From contig CAAGAD010000005.1 of the NCBI GenBank assembly GCA_900767715.1, positions 83,697 to 147,696 on the forward strand: DNA of 64,000 nucleotides, in the 5' to 3' direction. Below, one piece after another: positions 20,327-30,498 of the stretch. Every line of letters starts with the position of its first letter. Positions within the stretch are counted from its first letter, which is position 1. Made by a program: the position numbers and the translations under genes. The notes below the pieces were generated by a model that did not search any database, was not told where the DNA came from, and worked only from the letters and a program-made list of their open reading frames with translations. Source of the stretch: Clostridia bacterium (lineage in GTDB: Bacteria > Bacillota > Clostridia > Christensenellales > UBA1242).

Positions 20327-20797
20327 ATGTCTAGAAGAAATGCGGCAGAAGTTAGAGAAGTACTTCCAGACCCAGTCTATAACAGCACAGTTGTTACCAA
20401 AGTTGTCAACCAAGTTATGCTAGATGGTAAGAAGGGCGTTGCTCAACGTATTGTTTATGGCGCTATGGAAGAAGCCGGCAAGAAGTTGGAAAAAGAACCT
20501 ATCGAAGTATTTAACACTGCTATTGAAAATATTAAACCTAAACTTGAAACAAAGGCTCGTCGTGTAGGCGGTGCTACGTATCAAGTTCCTATGGAAATTA
20601 GACCAGCACGTCAACAAACATTGGCAATCCGCTGGCTCGTTATGTTCGCGCGTAAGCGTAGCGAACGCACAATGGACGAAAAATTGGCAAATGAATTGGT
20701 TGATGCTTGCAACCTTACTGGTGGCGCTGTGAAGAAGCGTGACGAAATGCATCGTACAGCCGAAGCAAACAAGGCATTTGCACACTTCAAATGGTAA
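20327..20797 (+). CDS. rpsG: 30S ribosomal protein S7
   Basis: [20 protein letters not shown]...; str operon order. Confidence 0.97.
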   Translation: MSRRNAAEVREVLPDPVYNSTVVTKVVNQVMLDGKKGVAQRIVYGAMEEAGKKLEKEPIEVFNTAIENIKPKLETKARRVGGATYQVPMEIRPARQQTLAIRWLVMFARKRSERTMDEKLANELVDACNLTGGAVKKRDEMHRTAEANKAFAHFKW

Positions 20798-20809
20798 TCA
20801 GGAGAATAT

Positions 20810-22900
20810 ATGGAAAGACAAGTCCCACTCGAATTATGTAGAAATATCGGTATTATGGCTCACATCGATGCCGGTAAAACTACCACAACAGAGCGTATTT
20901 TGTATTACACAGGTAAAGTTCACAAGATTGGTGAAGTTCACGACGGTCAGGCTACTATGGACTGGATGGTTCAAGAGCAAGAACGTGGTATTACAATCAC
21001 TTCTGCTTGTACTACTTGTAAGTGGAAAAACCACAAAATCAACATTATTGATACCCCAGGACACGTTGACTTTACAGTCGAAGTTGAACGCAGTTTGAAA
21101 GTTTTGGACGGCGCCGTTGCAGTTTTCTGCGCACGTAGTGGTGTTCAAGCACAATCTGAAACAGTTTGGCGTCAGGCTAACGAGTACAAAGTTCCTCGTA
21201 TCTGCTATGTCAACAAAATGGATATGAACGACGCCAACTTCTTGCGCGCCGTTGACCAAATGAAAAAGAACTTGAAGGCTAATGCTGTACCTATTCAGTT
21301 GCCTATCGGTTCTGCCGACACTTTTGTTGGTATCGTTGACCTTATCAAGATGAACGCCATCTATTATATGGACGATATGGGCAATCAAGAAGAAATTCGC
21401 GAAATCCCAGACGATATGAAAGATTTGGCTAACCAATATCGTACAAACTTGATTGAAGCAATCGCTGAAACTGACGATGCTTTGATGGAAAAATATTTCA
21501 GCGGTGAAGAGTTCACTGAAGAAGAGATCCGCACTGCATTGCGTAAAGCAACTATTGAATTGAAAATCAACCCTGTACTTTGCGGTACATCATTCAAGAA
21601 TAAGGGCGTTAAGGAATTGTTGGACGCAGTAGTTTACTATATGCCATCTCCAATTGACATTCCTGCAATCCGTGGTTTCTTGCCAGGTCATGAAGAAGAC
21701 GGCTTGACAGAAGTCCGCAACAGCGACGACAAAGAACCATTCTCAGCATTGGCATTCAAAGTCGCTACTGACCCATACGTTGGTCGTATCACTTATGTAC
21801 GTGTTTACAGTGGTACACTCGTTGCTGGTTCATATGTTTTGAATTCCAGCAAGAATAAGAAAGAAAGAATTGGACGTATTCTTCAAATGCACGCTAACCA
21901 CCGTGAAGATATTGATGAATTGTTCGCTGGTGACATCGCAGCCGTTGTCGGCTTGAAAGATACCACTACTGGTAACACCCTTTGCGATGAAGAACACCCA
22001 GTAATTTTGGAATCTATGAAATTCCCAGAACCAGTTATCCGCGTTGCAATCGAACCAAAGAGCAAAGCAGCCCAAGAAAAGATGGCAATCGCACTTGGTA
22101 AGTTGGCAGAAGAAGACCCAACATTCAAGCGCTACACTGACGAAGAAACTGGTCAAACAATTATCGCCGGAATGGGCGAGTTGCACTTGGAAATCATTGT
22201 TGACCGACTTTTGCGCGAATTTAACGTAGAAGCCAACGTCGGCAGACCACAAGTTGCTTATAAAGAAACAATCAAGAACCGTGCCGAAGCCGAAGGCAAG
22301 TACATCAAACAATCTGGTGGTAAAGGTCAATACGGTCATTGTAAAATCGTTATCGAACCACTTGAAAGAGGTGAAGGCTACAAATTTGAAAACAAAATCG
22401 TTGGTGGTGCTATTCCTAAGGAATACATTCAACCTATCGATGACGGTATTCAAGAAGCCAAGAATAGCGGTATCGTAGCGGGCTATGAAACAATCGACTT
22501 CAAAGTTACTTTGGTCGATGGTTCATACCACGAAGTCGATTCAAGTGAAATGGCATTTAAGATTGCCGGCAGTTTGGCATTCAAAGATGGTTGCCAAAAG
22601 GCAGGCGCAGTATTGCTTGAACCTATGATGAAAGTTCAAGTTGACATTCCTGACGACTATCTAGGCGCAGTAATGGGCAACATCACTTCTCGTCGTGGCG
22701 TATTGCAAGGCACTGACACTATGGCTAGTGCAACTCGTGTTAACGCACTTGTTCCACTTTCTGAAATGTTCGGTTACGCAACTGACTTGCGTAGTGTAAC
22801 ACAAGGTCGTGGTAACTATACTATGACTTTCTCACACTATCAAGAAGTTCCTAAGTCTATCGCTGAAAAAATCATCGGCGAAAGAGCAAAACGCAACTAA
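20810..22900 (+). CDS. fusA: elongation factor G
   Basis: [25 protein letters not shown], 696 aa. Confidence 0.97.
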   Translation: MERQVPLELCRNIGIMAHIDAGKTTTTERILYYTGKVHKIGEVHDGQATMDWMVQEQERGITITSACTTCKWKNHKINIIDTPGHVDFTVEVERSLKVLDGAVAVFCARSGVQAQSETVWRQANEYKVPRICYVNKMDMNDANFLRAVDQMKKNLKANAVPIQLPIGSADTFVGIVDLIKMNAIYYMDDMGNQEEIREIPDDMKDLANQYRTNLIEAIAETDDALMEKYFSGEEFTEEEIRTALRKATIELKINPVLCGTSFKNKGVKELLDAVVYYMPSPIDIPAIRGFLPGHEEDGLTEVRNSDDKEPFSALAFKVATDPYVGRITYVRVYSGTLVAGSYVLNSSKNKKERIGRILQMHANHREDIDELFAGDIAAVVGLKDTTTGNTLCDEEHPVILESMKFPEPVIRVAIEPKSKAAQEKMAIALGKLAEEDPTFKRYTDEETGQTIIAGMGELHLEIIVDRLLREFNVEANVGRPQVAYKETIKNRAEAEGKYIKQSGGKGQYGHCKIVIEPLERGEGYKFENKIVGGAIPKEYIQPIDDGIQEAKNSGIVAGYETIDFKVTLVDGSYHEVDSSEMAFKIAGSLAFKDGCQKAGAVLLEPMMKVQVDIPDDYLGAVMGNITSRRGVLQGTDTMASATRVNALVPLSEMFGYATDLRSVTQGRGNYTMTFSHYQEVPKSIAEKIIGERAKRN

Positions 22901-23041
22901 TTTTTGACAAATTTTGTAATATAACGAGCAAAGTTGTCTAGTTTGGGCGGAAAATAACTCGTCAAAATAATGGCAATTTTGCTTGACAATATTATAGAAA
23001 ATGTATATAGTTTAATTATAAATTCTAGGAGGATTAATATT

Positions 23042-24235
23042 ATGGCAAGAGCCAAGTTTGAAAGAACTAAGCCACACGTTAATATTGGTACTATTGGTCA
23101 CGTTGACCACGGCAAAACTACTTTGACCGCTGCTATCACTAAGTACCTTTCATTGGCAGGTTTGGCAGAAAGCAGATCTTATGATCAAATCGACAATACC
23201 CCAGAAGAAAAAGCTCGTGGTATTACAATTAACACTTCACACGTTGAATACGAAACAGCAACTCGTCACTACGCACACGTTGACTGCCCAGGACACGCAG
23301 ATTATGTAAAGAACATGATTACTGGTGCTGCTCAAATGGACGGCGCAATCCTAGTAGTTGCTGCTACTGATGGTCCAATGCCTCAAACTCGTGAGCACAT
23401 CGTGCTTGCTCGTCAGGTTGGCGTTCCATACATCGTAGTATTTATGAACAAATGTGACCAAGTTGACGACCCAGAGTTGTTGGATTTGGTTGAAATGGAA
23501 ATCCGTGATTTGTTGAGCACTTATGGTTTCCCTGGTGATACAACTCCGGTTATCCGTGGTAGCGCATTGTTGGCTTTGAACTGCAACGACGCTAACGCTC
23601 CTGAAATGGCTTGCATCAAAGAATTGATGGATGCTGTTGACACTTACATTCAAGAACCACAACGTCCTACTGACCAACCATTCTTGATGCCAGTTGAAGA
23701 AGTATACACTATCACTGGTCGTGGTACTGTTGCTACTGGTCGTGTTGAACGTGGCGTTTTGAAACTCGGTGAAGAAATCGAGTTGGTTGGTATCAAACCT
23801 ACACGTAAAGTTGTAGTTACTGGTATCGAAATGTTCCGTAAATCTTTGGACGAAGCACGCGCTGGTGATAACGCTGGTATCTTGCTCCGTGGTATTCAAA
23901 GAAACGAAATCGAACGTGGACAAGTTTTGGCTAAAACTGGTTCAATTCACCCACACACTAAGTTCAAAGCACAAGTTTATGTTTTGAAGAAAGAAGAAGG
24001 TGGCCGTCACACTCCATTCTTCAATGGTTACCGTCCACAATTCTACTTCCGTACTACTGATATTACTGGTTCAATCAAATTGCCAGAAGGCGTTGAAATG
24101 GTTATGCCTGGTGATAACATCACTATGGACGTTGAACTTATCAACCCAGTTGCAATCGAAAAAGGTCTCCGCTTCGCTATTCGTGAAGGTGGTAGAACTG
24201 TTGGTTCTGGTATCGTATCAGAAATCGAAGAATAA
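23042..24235 (+). CDS. tuf: elongation factor Tu
   Basis: [55 protein letters not shown] box at 22983 suggests an internal promoter. Confidence 0.97.
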   Translation: MARAKFERTKPHVNIGTIGHVDHGKTTLTAAITKYLSLAGLAESRSYDQIDNTPEEKARGITINTSHVEYETATRHYAHVDCPGHADYVKNMITGAAQMDGAILVVAATDGPMPQTREHIVLARQVGVPYIVVFMNKCDQVDDPELLDLVEMEIRDLLSTYGFPGDTTPVIRGSALLALNCNDANAPEMACIKELMDAVDTYIQEPQRPTDQPFLMPVEEVYTITGRGTVATGRVERGVLKLGEEIELVGIKPTRKVVVTGIEMFRKSLDEARAGDNAGILLRGIQRNEIERGQVLAKTGSIHPHTKFKAQVYVLKKEEGGRHTPFFNGYRPQFYFRTTDITGSIKLPEGVEMVMPGDNITMDVELINPVAIEKGLRFAIREGGRTVGSGIVSEIEE

Positions 24236-24240
24236 TAAGC

Positions 24241-24270
24241 AAAAAAGAAGTCGTTTGACTTCTTTTTTTT
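24241..24270 (+). terminator. rho-independent terminator
   Basis: GAAGTC-gttt-GACTTC hairpin followed by a T8 run. Confidence 0.75.
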
Positions 24271-24401
24271 CATCTTGAATGTCTAAATATGTCGAAATTG
24301 CTAGATAAGGCTATTAATAGGTTAAATCAGTTGACGACGAACCTATTTTATTGGTATAAATAATTAAGTAGATAATAGTTCTACTAAAAAGGAGTAAGTT
24401 T

Positions 24402-25337
24402 ATGAATAAAAGAGTATTATTGACCGCACTGTGCACGACGGCGTTGCTCGTTCCAGTGGCTGCGGGATTCGCTGGTTGTAAAAAAGATAACGGCTTGAAT
24501 ATCAATGCCAAAGATGTGTACGCGCTTTCCGCATCTGCTAGTGCTAATTATTTGCATCATTTGGACGGAACAAAGGCAACGAAGAGCGTTGCAAGTTTGT
24601 CGCTGGAAGTAGCGAAAACACGTCCATCAGCAATCACAGACACGAATGTGACTGGTATGACAAATTGTTTGGCTATGTTTGATAACTTTATTCAAGGTGG
24701 CGGTGTCAATCAAAATACCAAGAAGAACGATGAAATGGGCGACCTAGGTGCTTATACATTCAAAATGACCATTTCTACACCATCTGGCAATGAATCTATG
24801 ACTATGTATTACAATGAAACCGAAACGGAAACAGAACGCAAAATTGAAGACGAGAAAGAAGAAGTTGAAGTTTCGTCCAAACTTGTTGGTGTTTTGGTAT
24901 TTGGTGACAGTCAGTATGACGTGACTGGCGAACGTGAATTTGAGAGCGAAGGCGATGAAACCGAAGCGTCTATCGAATTTACGACCAAAAGCAAGGTTAA
25001 TCCATTGAACTACATTGTAGTATCTCAATCAGTTGAAAACGAAACCGGCGAAACCGAAATTGAATATGAATACAAAATTTATCGTAATGGCAAACTTGTT
25101 CAAAAGACCGAAACCGAAATTGAAAATGAAAACGACAAGTTTGAACTTGAATTCAAATTCAAAAACGGCACGACATTAGAAAAAACCATTTACAAAATGT
25201 ACAAAGGTTCGGCTGATAATTCTTTCGTAATCAAATACACGATCGACGGCACGACCGATACAATCAACGTTGTTAGAACCGCAACTGGCTACACTTTCAC
25301 ATACACAAATGGTTATGTTGAAGAAGTCAAAGCATAA
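24402..25337 (+). CDS. lipoprotein, E/T-rich beta-type
   Basis: Signal peptide with lipobox AGFAG-C. AAAGGAG RBS. Alternating E-x-E strand-like repeats. Confidence 0.75.
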   Translation: MNKRVLLTALCTTALLVPVAAGFAGCKKDNGLNINAKDVYALSASASANYLHHLDGTKATKSVASLSLEVAKTRPSAITDTNVTGMTNCLAMFDNFIQGGGVNQNTKKNDEMGDLGAYTFKMTISTPSGNESMTMYYNETETETERKIEDEKEEVEVSSKLVGVLVFGDSQYDVTGEREFESEGDETEASIEFTTKSKVNPLNYIVVSQSVENETGETEIEYEYKIYRNGKLVQKTETEIENENDKFELEFKFKNGTTLEKTIYKMYKGSADNSFVIKYTIDGTTDTINVVRTATGYTFTYTNGYVEEVKA

Positions 25338-25394
25338 TTAATGCTGTTATAACTTTTACAGTTACTTGCCTATAACAATCACAAGGAGTATCGT

Positions 25395-26129
25395 ATGAAA
25401 AAGAGAAATTGGATAAAAAGTCTGGCGATCGCGATATGTTTAATTATTCCGGCATTGTTGCTATCAGCGTGCGGAGAAGGTGGCTACATTCCACCTGAAA
25501 CTAGGTACGCATGGGGCAGAACATTCACCTATCAAGGCGCATCGTTCAACGACTATTTGACTATTGGCGGAAACAATGGCACGCCAAGGGGCAAACTTTT
25601 AAAAGATGAATACACCAAAGGCAACTTGGATTTGGCAAACGCATTTATAAATGGAGTAGCGGTTGATTTATCGCAATATAGTGACTTGTCTGCAGATGCA
25701 TTCTTCCAGCACCTTATCAGTATGATGGAATCCAGATTGCACACCATGTGTGACGGCATAACTATTGTGGTCAGCACAGAAGAAGAACTTACTGTTACAG
25801 TCAACAAGAAACCATATAAATTGGTTGAAACTTCCGTAGGATCAAACTATTTCACATTGATTGACGAATCCGCTGTCGGTGGCGCTATTTTATCATGGGG
25901 CAATATGTCTTCGCTTTTGTTGAATAGTAGTGGTGACGGTCAAGAAGTGAACTATGGTCTAGACATTTCCGTTTTCGATGAAAAAATAAACGCTTATGAC
26001 AGAATTTCTACCATTGATGTTACAATTCCGACATTCAAGATTGTCAACGATGAAACGGCTGTATTAATCGACAACAAGTATAGCACTTTATCAATTAGTC
26101 TAAAACCATATTTTAACGAAGCAGTTTAA
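25395..26129 (+). CDS. lipoprotein, paralog A of a tandem pair
   Basis: Lipobox LLSAC. The mature region shares PETRYAWGRTF(T/S)YQG ... (K/T)PYFNE(A/V)V with the next gene. Confidence 0.8.
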   Translation: MKKRNWIKSLAIAICLIIPALLLSACGEGGYIPPETRYAWGRTFTYQGASFNDYLTIGGNNGTPRGKLLKDEYTKGNLDLANAFINGVAVDLSQYSDLSADAFFQHLISMMESRLHTMCDGITIVVSTEEELTVTVNKKPYKLVETSVGSNYFTLIDESAVGGAILSWGNMSSLLLNSSGDGQEVNYGLDISVFDEKINAYDRISTIDVTIPTFKIVNDETAVLIDNKYSTLSISLKPYFNEAV

Positions 26130-26232
26130 ATAGAATAAAAATAGTAAAAGGAAGTTTTATGAAAAAGTTTTCTAGTTTTTTGTTGGCGATATGCTTTTTA
26201 GTTCCGCTAGCGTTGGTTTTGACGGCTTGTGG
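26129..26232 (+). repeat. lipoprotein 5' cassette copy 1 (5'UTR + RBS + signal peptide + lipobox)
   Basis: Hand alignment to 27841-27944 gives 97 of 104 identical positions with no gaps. Confidence 0.85.
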
Positions 26233-26872
26233 TAAAGACGCTCCCGAAACAAGATACGCGTGGGGAAGGACGTTTAGTTATCAGGGCACTGTTATGCACA
26301 ATTTTTACTCTTATGGTGGTAATAACGGCACTGAAAATGGTCAACTCGTGAAGAGCGAATTTAAAAAGAGCAATCTTGATTTGGCAAAAGTGAAAATCAA
26401 TAACGTAACCACTGATTTGTCCGCGTTCTCAAATCTTTCTGCCGACCAATTTTTGCAGGAGATTACTAAACGGGCGAAAGCAGAAATGCAATCATTGTAC
26501 GGCAATATCACTATAAAAGTTGGCACGGAAGAAGAATGCAATGTGACTATCAACGGTAAAGTTTATAAACTGCAAAAAACTGAATTTGACCATAGATACA
26601 ATATTATCGACGAATCCGAATCAGAAACATCTTCAAATAGAGAATGCGGCAATTTAAGTGTAAAACTTTGCCATGACGGTAATAATCAAGACCTAAATTA
26701 TGGGCTTGACATCAGTAAGTACACATTGGACGGCAAAGCGGGTGTTGTGATTAGCTCTGTAACAATCGAGATTCCTACAATAAAAGTTATTGAATATGAA
26801 TCCGCATCGTTTAATGGTACATATTCATATATCACGATTAGCTATACGCCATACTTTAATGAAGTGGTGTAA
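26159..26872 (+). CDS. lipoprotein, paralog B of a tandem pair
   Basis: Lipobox VLTAC. The mature region is homologous to 25395-26129. The 5' end is shared with 27871-28554. Confidence 0.8.
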   Translation: MKKFSSFLLAICFLVPLALVLTACGKDAPETRYAWGRTFSYQGTVMHNFYSYGGNNGTENGQLVKSEFKKSNLDLAKVKINNVTTDLSAFSNLSADQFLQEITKRAKAEMQSLYGNITIKVGTEEECNVTINGKVYKLQKTEFDHRYNIIDESESETSSNRECGNLSVKLCHDGNNQDLNYGLDISKYTLDGKAGVVISSVTIEIPTIKVIEYESASFNGTYSYITISYTPYFNEVV

Positions 26873-27231
26873 GTAGTTACAAAAAAATCCAATTAAATTT
26901 GGATTTTTTTGTTGCTATAGTTGATGGTTGTTTGAGTTTTCAGTTTGCATAAATTGCGCATATTCTTGCGCCAGGGTGGAGAAGCGCTCTCCAAGTAGGG
27001 ATTAACATGCCTCGTCTACGCTCATTTCGTGAGTGTGACTGAGATAGGCTTGAAATTATGTGAGCATTGCTTCCTTTTCTGCTGTGGACCCGAATACAGA
27101 ACGAATTGGGTTTGGCAAGTGATAAATTTTGTTTTTGCAACATTAAAAATATATCAAATTCGGGTGCAATATTATGCGACATATGTTATAATGTTCATAT
27201 AAAATTGCAAGGTTGAGTTTATAATTTGTGA

Positions 27232-27333
27232 CAATATGTAATAGCAAATGCAGTTGAGTTTTTATTAAGCGACAAGGCAAGTTTTATTACTGGTCATATT
27301 TTAACCGTTGATGGCGGATTTAGTTTAATATAA
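27232..27333 (+). pseudogene. 3' remnant of a short-chain dehydrogenase/reductase gene
   Basis: Translates to QYVIANAVEFLLSDKASFITGHILTVDGGFSLI*, the classic SDR C-terminus. An in-frame TGA lies immediately upstream, and there is no start codon or Rossmann region. Confidence 0.7.
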
Positions 27334-27360
27334 AATTATAAACAAAATATTGGAGGAAAT

Positions 27361-27736
27361 ATGGCAAATATAAAAGATGTACACCAATTAGCATTGAAAC
27401 TAGGACTATTTCAAAAACAAATTACGATATAGACATCAAAGATTTGATGTATTCGTTTGAGAACGGACAAAACTCCATTGAGTGCAATGCTTCCTATCTT
27501 GCTGGCGAAAGTTTGAATGTTGTTGCTGATTTTATTAAGCAAACAACATTAATAATACTAAGGATATGCGTAAAAACATTGAAGCAATCATCGATTCGTA
27601 TTCTAGCCTACACACTGGTGCGGAACTTGATGCCAAGCGTTTAGCATATATGAAAGACAAGTTACCACTTTTGTGTCAAGAGGTGGTAAGCAAATTGCCT
27701 GAGTCAATTTCGACAAAGCATAGTGAAAGAGTTTAA
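27361..27736 (+). pseudogene. frameshifted small gene (three frame segments)
   Basis: GGAGG RBS plus ATG 27361 gives 23 codons and then TAG. Reading continues in a second frame (DIKDLMYSFENGQNSIE...) and a third (MRKNIEAIIDSYSSLHTGAELDAKRLAYMKDKL...). A terminator hairpin lies at about 27743-27771. Confidence 0.55.
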
Positions 27737-27840
27737 TAACGAAAAATCCAAGATTAGTCTTGGATTTTTTGTGCTTTGTGACGAATTTTGGCGAATAATT
27801 TTTTTTGCATAATTATTAGTAAAAAAGCAAAACTAATTTT

Positions 27841-27944
27841 AATAGAATAAAAATAGTAAAAGGAAGTGTTATGAAAAAGATTTTTAGTTTTTTGTTGGCG
27901 ATATGCTTTTTAGTTCCGCTAGCGGTCGTAATGACGGCTTGTGG
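27841..27944 (+). repeat. lipoprotein 5' cassette copy 2
   Basis: Hand alignment to 26129-26232 gives 97 of 104 identical positions. Similarity ends at the Cys+1/+2 codons. Confidence 0.85.
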
Positions 27945-28554
27945 AGAGAATGAAGTCGTGGTGAGTGTGGCAACGATTGAAGAATTGATGACGGCTGTTG
28001 ACGGCGACAACGATGTCATCAAGTTGACTGAAGATATGGAAGCGACCAGCGCGATTGTCGTGAAACGCAAAGTCACGTTTGACTTAAACGGCAAGACGCT
28101 CACGGGCGATGGCGATTATGGCGTGATATACACACAAGGCGACGCGGAAGTCACAATCACGGGCGACGGCAAAATTGTGGCAAAGGAAAGCGCCGACCAT
28201 TATGCAATGGTTATTTGGGCAAAGGATAACTCAAAAGTAATGATTGAAAACGGCACGTTTACGCAGTCTATCACTGGAACCGACTCGCAGTATGATATGA
28301 TCTATATCACGGAAAGTGCTCAGTTGACAATCGAAGGCGGCAAATTTGATTGCCACACACCAAAGTGGACGCTCAATATTCAAGACAAAGATGCTACAAC
28401 TGCCAAATTTATCGTTAAAGGTGGCGAATTTAAGTCTTACGACCCTGCAAACGTGATAACCGAACCAAAGGACTCGAATGTGACGAGTTTCTTGCCAGAG
28501 GGTTATAAATCCACCTACAACAAGACTACACAATATTACACAGTTAATAAATAA
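27871..28554 (+). CDS. lipoprotein, probable beta-helix-type repeat protein
   Basis: Lipobox VMTAC. Repeated G-x-I/V strand pattern (TLTGDGDYGVIYTQGDAEVTITGDGKIVAK...MIENGTFTQ...TIEGGKFD...IVKGGEFK). Terminator GCCGATTTCGGC plus T-run. Confidence 0.75.
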   Translation: MKKIFSFLLAICFLVPLAVVMTACGENEVVVSVATIEELMTAVDGDNDVIKLTEDMEATSAIVVKRKVTFDLNGKTLTGDGDYGVIYTQGDAEVTITGDGKIVAKESADHYAMVIWAKDNSKVMIENGTFTQSITGTDSQYDMIYITESAQLTIEGGKFDCHTPKWTLNIQDKDATTAKFIVKGGEFKSYDPANVITEPKDSNVTSFLPEGYKSTYNKTTQYYTVNK

Positions 28555-28773
28555 AAAAAAGCCGATTTCGGCTTTTTTATTTATCCAATTTGATATTGTC
28601 AATTAGTGTTTAGATTCTGTGTTCTATATAACATTTTTAATTAGTGGTTTGTTATGTCAACCTTAAAAATTTATAGTTATATTTTGACCAATCCCAAATC
28701 TTTGCAATAATTGTTTTGAAATGGTTATCTTAATATGTTACAATTAAAATATTAAACATAAAGGAGAAACAAA

Positions 28774-29085
28774 ATGCAAAATAAAGTTAAAATCTTTAAT
28801 GAAAGTATGCAAAACCACATAAGCCCAATGCCTTGCTCTGCTAGATTACTAGACATTGTTAGCGAATTAGGGGAGGTCAGCAAAGAATATTTGAAGGCAG
28901 CCAAATATGGTGCACAGCCAGTGGAAGCGACAGAAGATTTTAAATTAGAATTTGGCGATGTTTTATACTCCTTACTCAGTCTTGCCAATGAAATGAATAT
29001 TGATGCCAATGATGCACTAGATAAAGTAATCACTAAATACCAAAATAGATTAAACAGAAACGGCAATCTAGGAAGCGGAAGGTAA
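28774..29085 (+). CDS. MazG-like nucleotide pyrophosphohydrolase domain protein
   Basis: 103 aa. LLDIVSELGEVSKEY ... EFGDVLYSLLSLANEMNIDANDALDKVITKYQNR matches the MazG helix pairs. AAAGGAG RBS. Confidence 0.7.
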   Translation: MQNKVKIFNESMQNHISPMPCSARLLDIVSELGEVSKEYLKAAKYGAQPVEATEDFKLEFGDVLYSLLSLANEMNIDANDALDKVITKYQNRLNRNGNLGSGR

Positions 29086-29243
29086 TAAGTTGTTATAATT
29101 CAAATGCAACTAGTAATCGGCGCAGGCTGAAATGAACAATATTTGTTAATAAATAAAGAGCATATTTATGAGTGTGAGTATGCTCTTTTTTATGATTAAA
29201 CTATAAACAAAAAAAACAGGTTAAACCCGTTTTTCAGTATTAT

Positions 29244-29329
29244 TGGTGCCGAAGGTGGGACTTGAACCCACATGAAGTTGCCCTCGCAAGATTTTGAGTC
29301 TTGTGCGTCTGCCATTTCGCCACTTCGGC
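29244..29329 (-). tRNA. tRNA-Leu (anticodon CAA), long variable arm, encoded CCA
   Basis: The reverse complement reads GCCGAAGTGGCGAAATGGCAGACGCACAAGACTCAAAATCTTGCGAGGGCAACTTCATGTGGGTTCAAGTCCCACCTTCGGCACCA. Acceptor GCCGAAG/CTTCGGC, anticodon loop CT-CAA-AA, T-loop GGTTCAAGTCC. Confidence 0.9.
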
Positions 29330-29348
29330 ATATATTGAATGCTTTATT

Positions 29349-29377
29349 AATATATCACATAGTGACGATATTTGCAA
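29349..29377 (-). promoter_or_regulatory. promoter of tRNA-Leu
   Basis: On the minus strand: TTGCAA, 17-nt spacer, TATATT, ending about 20 nt upstream of the mature 5' end. Confidence 0.5.
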
Positions 29378-29562
29378 GTATTTTTAAGCATTTTTTTTGC
29401 GCGCAGGTGCAGATTTTGTAAAATATTAATAAAATTGGCAATTAAAGTACAACCATGCTCGCGAAAAAGTGTGTCATTTATTTTGCTAAAACAATATTTT
29501 ATTGTATAATAAACATAAATGAATATAATGTTGGACTATGCCAATAATTGTAAGGAGTATCA

Positions 29563-30498
29563 ATGGTTAGCGAACAAAACAAACTTTTCAACTTAAATCA
29601 CATCATAAATTGCAGTAAATCAGACATTACAAAATTGGTAAAGTCTAGCGAAAATTATCTTAAAAAACAACTAATCGAGGTTACCCGTGAAATCTGCTCG
29701 AAAAACGTCGACATCAAGGTTGTGTGCATTGCCGGTCCATCTTGCGCAGGCAAAACGACCTTTATGAGAATGCTTTGCGAAAAAATGGTGACATTCGGTG
29801 CTGAGCCAATAATGGTTTCGACGGACAATTTCTACATCGACCGCGACAAAACACCTTTCTTGGAGGACGGCGTAACGCGTGATTTTGAGTCACTCCGCGC
29901 GCTCAATTTGCGACAAATGAACGAGTGCTTCCACGTTTTGCGCACACAACGTAAGTGCAAGTTCCCAATTTACGATTTCGTCACAGGCAAAAACATTCCA
30001 GACCAAATCCCAATGACGCTTACCAAAAACACCGTTATCGTAATGGAAGGCATTCACGCGCTCAACCCAGAGGTTATCAGCGCGCTCGACTTCAAGAATG
30101 TGTACAAAATTTTCATCTCACCTAATTCGAGTTTCGTACTAAACAAAAAGACGGTCATCACGGGCGAGCAATTGCGTTTTATGCGTCGTATAACTCGTGA
30201 TAGAGTAGCGCGCGGTTATTCGCCAGAAAAGACTTATCTAACTTGGCCGAACGTGCTTGCCGCCGAGCAGATTTACATCAACAAATATAAATACACAGCC
30301 AATGCAATTATCGACACCACGCACGCATACGAACTCGTTTTGTACAAATACTATCTTTACAAAACGCTCGCCGAGATGAATTATAGTGCGGAAGCATTGT
30401 ATTTGCATTATATTTTGAAAGACATCAAAGGCTATAGCAAGAAAATCGTGCCAGACTTTTCTTTGATGTGGGAATTTATGGTAAACAAGGAGGACTAA
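29563..30498 (+). CDS. uridine kinase-family nucleoside kinase (P-loop)
   Basis: Walker A IAGPSCAGKTTF, STDNFY, VIVMEGIHAL, RRITRDRVARG. Confidence 0.7.
   Translation: MVSEQNKLFNLNHIINCSKSDITKLVKSSENYLKKQLIEVTREICSKNVDIKVVCIAGPSCAGKTTFMRMLCEKMVTFGAEPIMVSTDNFYIDRDKTPFLEDGVTRDFESLRALNLRQMNECFHVLRTQRKCKFPIYDFVTGKNIPDQIPMTLTKNTVIVMEGIHALNPEVISALDFKNVYKIFISPNSSFVLNKKTVITGEQLRFMRRITRDRVARGYSPEKTYLTWPNVLAAEQIYINKYKYTANAIIDTTHAYELVLYKYYLYKTLAEMNYSAEALYLHYILKDIKGYSKKIVPDFSLMWEFMVNKED

Noticed and set aside
26940-27182. 80-aa minus-strand ORF in the decay zone
   Set aside because: It has no RBS and no recognisable family, and it lies in a region full of gene fragments. It is not called as a gene.
29086-29562. 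Genomic island or prophage integration at tRNA-Leu, and similarly at the tmRNA at 40144-40487
   Set aside because: There is no integrase, no direct repeat of the tRNA or tmRNA 3' end, and no phage-like genes nearby. The flanking genes are ordinary.
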